This document shows, piece after piece, positions 22,660 to 25,873 of a DNA stretch of 25,873 bases (position 1 is its first letter; the number at the start of each line of letters is the position of its first letter). Location: NCBI GenBank assembly GCA_024626585.2, contig JANKJI020000002.1, positions 76,356,593 through 76,382,465 of the forward strand. Direction: 5' to 3'. A program made the translations under genes and the position numbers. The DNA comes from Ginkgo biloba (Eukaryota > Plantae > Ginkgophyta). Under the pieces are notes generated by a model. That model worked only from the letters and a program-made list of their open reading frames with translations. It made no database searches and had not been told where the DNA came from.

Positions 22660-23345
22660 CCTAAATGGTACTTGTTAACATTGTATAGATAACTAGTTGG
22701 TATTATGATCTATTTGATTACAACTAGACTAGATATTACCTTTACAATTGGGATAGTTTCTAGATTTATAACCGCGTTGAAGTAGATCCATTGGACAACT
22801 ATGAAGAAAATTTTGATATATTTATGAGGAACACTATAATAAGGACTTGAATTTGTTCAAAATGACAACTTAGGATTAGAGGGATTTATAGATTCATATT
22901 GGGTTGGATGTGTTGATAGTAGAAGGTCCACATATAGTTACTATTTTAATTTGGGATTAACTATAGTGACTTGGATGTTCAACAATAGTTAACCTAATGT
23001 TGACCTTTCCTCAATAGAAGTAGATTACAAATCTATAGTTGCAGTAGCATCTTAATTCATTTAGTTGAGACAGTCTTGGTGACATAGGTATTCATCAAGA
23101 TGATGCAAAAAAGTTATATTGTGACAATCAGAGTACACTAAAGTTGACCAAGAATCCAACATTTCATGCAAGGACGAAGCACATTAAAGTTCATCATCAT
23201 TTCATTCGTGAGATGATACAAAATGGAAAGATTGAACTAGTGTACAAGTTGACTAAAGAACAGATATATGACATCTTCACCAAACCTCTGGCTTGGGATA
23301 AATTTTAGAAGTTTAAAGATGGGATATGTATTAAGGTAAATGATG
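22660..23345 (+). pseudogene. Ty1/copia RT C-terminus and RNase H
   Basis: LVGIMIYLITTRLDITFTIGIVSRF...HWTTMKKILIYL*GT; GFIDSYWVGCVDSRRST; LYCDNQSTLKLTKNPTFHARTKHIKVHHHFIRE; EQIYDIFTKPL. Confidence 0.95.
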
Positions 23346-23353
23346 TAAACATT

Positions 23354-23661
23354 AAGGGGGAGTGTTATAATAGTTAATGTTTACATTATTATATTTAGGA
23401 TCATAACCTAAAGTTATAAGACCCAATGTATTTAATGTAATATTATTGATACAAGGGTGAGTTATTAGAGGACCACTCACAAGTGAAACACTTCTCAGGA
23501 GTTTCATGACATATGGAAAGTTTAAAATAGGACCATTACATAGTTATGTTGTATAAATACATGTACATATATTTGAGAAATTACATGATAAAATAAAGGT
23601 AGACCAATTCTACCAGAAATTCTCTATGTCTTTTTCTTACTTATTTTTCTTATTATCTACA
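23354..23661 (+). repeat. Copia PPT (23354-23362) and 3' LTR (from 23363)
   Basis: aagggggag followed by TGTTAT; tataaata box at about 23552; candidate end ...ctaca at 23661 (uncertain). Confidence 0.75.
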
Positions 23662-23939
23662 AATATCCCCTCTTATAAGGGCTTTATTTCTTCCTATTTT
23701 TTGTTAGATATAATCTATGGGTTTATACCTATAACTCTATAAATAAGACTACCTCCTAGCCATAAACTAATTTAAATGGTTTATGGATAGTGATCTACTT
23801 GAATATAGTTTCGAATTATNNNNNNNNNNAGATAACATGAAATTTATCTATTTAATCCTTTCTTTCAATGTCATAAATCTTTATGAGTATTATATATATT
23901 AACCTTATGTGATGATTCCATAAATCCATTTGTATCATA

Positions 23940-25873
23940 AATAATAAGATGTGCTTTTTTGGTGTTAGATCATGAATTATTTTTTCAACATTTATAGTAT
24001 TTTATTCAAAATATGTGAGTCCCTATCGCTCACCGACTTTAGAGGACATATGATTCAGGAAATAATGATTTGATAAAGTAATTTGGTAGTGGTATGGATA
24101 CTAGTATTTTAGCTAAGCCTGAATTCTAAACATTTTATCAAATAATCAATTATAATGATAATGTAATAATTTTATGATCCTCTAATCAATGGATTAATGG
24201 TCCTACAAACTCAATACCTCATTTTTCAAAAGGGAATATTCCTCTAAATAAGTTTAAATGAATTAATTCTTGGTTTATGGGTCCCCCCTCTCTCTATAAG
24301 ATATGATATATTTTGGTGCATATATAAGCATTATGGAAAAATGATGACCATTATAAACCAACCATAAGCACTTTCCTAATAGTAATATATCTTCAAAAGT
24401 ATTTCCCTTCCACTCATTTATACATCTCTAAGAAAACATGATACTACCTCTTCTAGCATTACATATCATCTTAACACTTCATCCTTTCCCATTTTATANN
24501 NNNNNNNNNNNNNNNNNNNNNNNNNNNNNNNNNNNNNNNNNNNNNNNNNNNNNNNNNNNNNNNNNNNNNNNNNNNNNNNNNNNNNNNNNNNNNNNNNNNN
24601 NNNNNNNNNNNNNNNNNNNNNNNNNNNNNNNNNNNNNNNNNNNNNNNNNNNNNNNNNNNNNNNNNNNNNNNNNNNNNNNNNNNNNNNNNNNNNNNNNNNN
24701 NNNNNNNNNNNNNNNNNNNNNNNNNNNNNNNNNNNNNNNNNNNNNNNNNNNNNNNNNNNNNNNNNNNNNNNNNNNNNNNNNNNNNNNNNNNNNNNNNNNN
24801 NNNCATCTATATAGAATTTGAATTCATTGTTTAGTAGGTAATTCTTGAAATTTTTAAGAGCGTATACAATTCCCATTACTTCATGCTTTATTGTTATATA
24901 ATTCATCTTTACTTTACTCAATTTTCTATTTACAAAGTAGATGGTGTGTCCTATATTGCCTTTATTAAGATAAGAAAGTGTGATATTAATTATAGGAGCA
25001 AAAGTATCCACATGTACATAAAACTTGATTTTCGAATTTAGGAATTTGAGTATTAGACATTTTTAGATCTTGAGATTTAATAATTTAACGAAAACTTGGT
25101 ATTATAATGACCACAAAGGGTTCATCCTTCCTTAAAAAAAAAAATTATTTATAAAGTGTATGGAATGGCCTATCTTGATACCCAATCTACTTTTGATGGG
25201 CTATGAATCCTATCATAGCCTTTAATGAAATTTCTAAATAGACATAATATCATAAGAACTTCTAGGAGGTTTTAAGATTAGTATACCAATTCTTAGAACC
25301 TCTACTTAACTTCCTAAATAAGAGTTTCTTCATTTTAGAGGGATTATTTATAGGTTCTAACTCAAATATCACTCTCACTTTATTTGAATATATAATGAGG
25401 TGGTTTCTACATACAATGTATCCTAATAAATTGTCAAAAGGTGTGATTAATTGACATTTTATAGAGTTGAGAGATATATAGTCTCTCTACATATTTGGAG
25501 CATGGTCTTGAGATGAGAAGCATATTCATTAAGGAATCCAAATATGGGATAGTCATCTAGATAAATATTTAGTAACTTTTAGAAGAGATCCTTAAACACC
25601 ATTAGGATGATCCTAGATAATAATATTAGAGCATATTTTAAGTCCAAATGGAATGACCCCATAAGCATACGATCCTTATGAATAGTTATCTAATTAATCA
25701 TTATTAATTAGCTAATTCTCTCTTAACTAGATTCATACACCTAAATCTATCTACAAGTCAAAAAGCTCCAAATCCCCAATAATAAAAAAAACATCCTAAA
25801 ACCACCTACTAAAAAATCCATGCAATCTAAAAAAGCAAAAATAAAAAAGGAAGTATTCATTATAGCCTTGGAA
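23940..25873 (-). pseudogene. Non-chromovirus (Athila-like) Ty3/gypsy pol: RT-RNase H-integrase
   Basis: RT GSYAYGVIPFGLK (about 25675) and IYLDDY (about 25567); RNase H NIGHTIYFVNRKLSKVKMNY...IVYALKNFKNYLL (ORF 24466-25011); integrase PFEK*GIEFVGPLI (about 24234) and YYIIIIIDYLIK (about 24170). RT-RH-INT order is the gypsy order. Confidence 0.92.

Overview
AT-rich, CpG-depleted eukaryotic DNA from a heavily gapped scaffold, most likely a seed plant and probably a gymnosperm. It is a mosaic of old, nested, pseudogenised retroelements. I see no intact gene, RNA gene, CRISPR array or host exon. Recognisable relics: chromovirus-type Ty3/gypsy pieces (gag start, GPY/F integrase tail, chromodomain+PPT+LTR); non-chromovirus (Athila-like) Ty3/gypsy fragments in several copies; a Tat-type element with protease followed directly by archaeal-type RNase H (TatII-like order); a Ty1/copia RT-RNase H 3' end with PPT/LTR; and a LINE (L1-like) ORF2. 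The most interesting unexplained feature is a long region downstream of the non-chromovirus integrase, present in three diverged copies, that may be a relic extra ORF of unknown function. All protein calls come from manual translation and motif recognition, not database searches, and coordinates of degenerate features are approximate.
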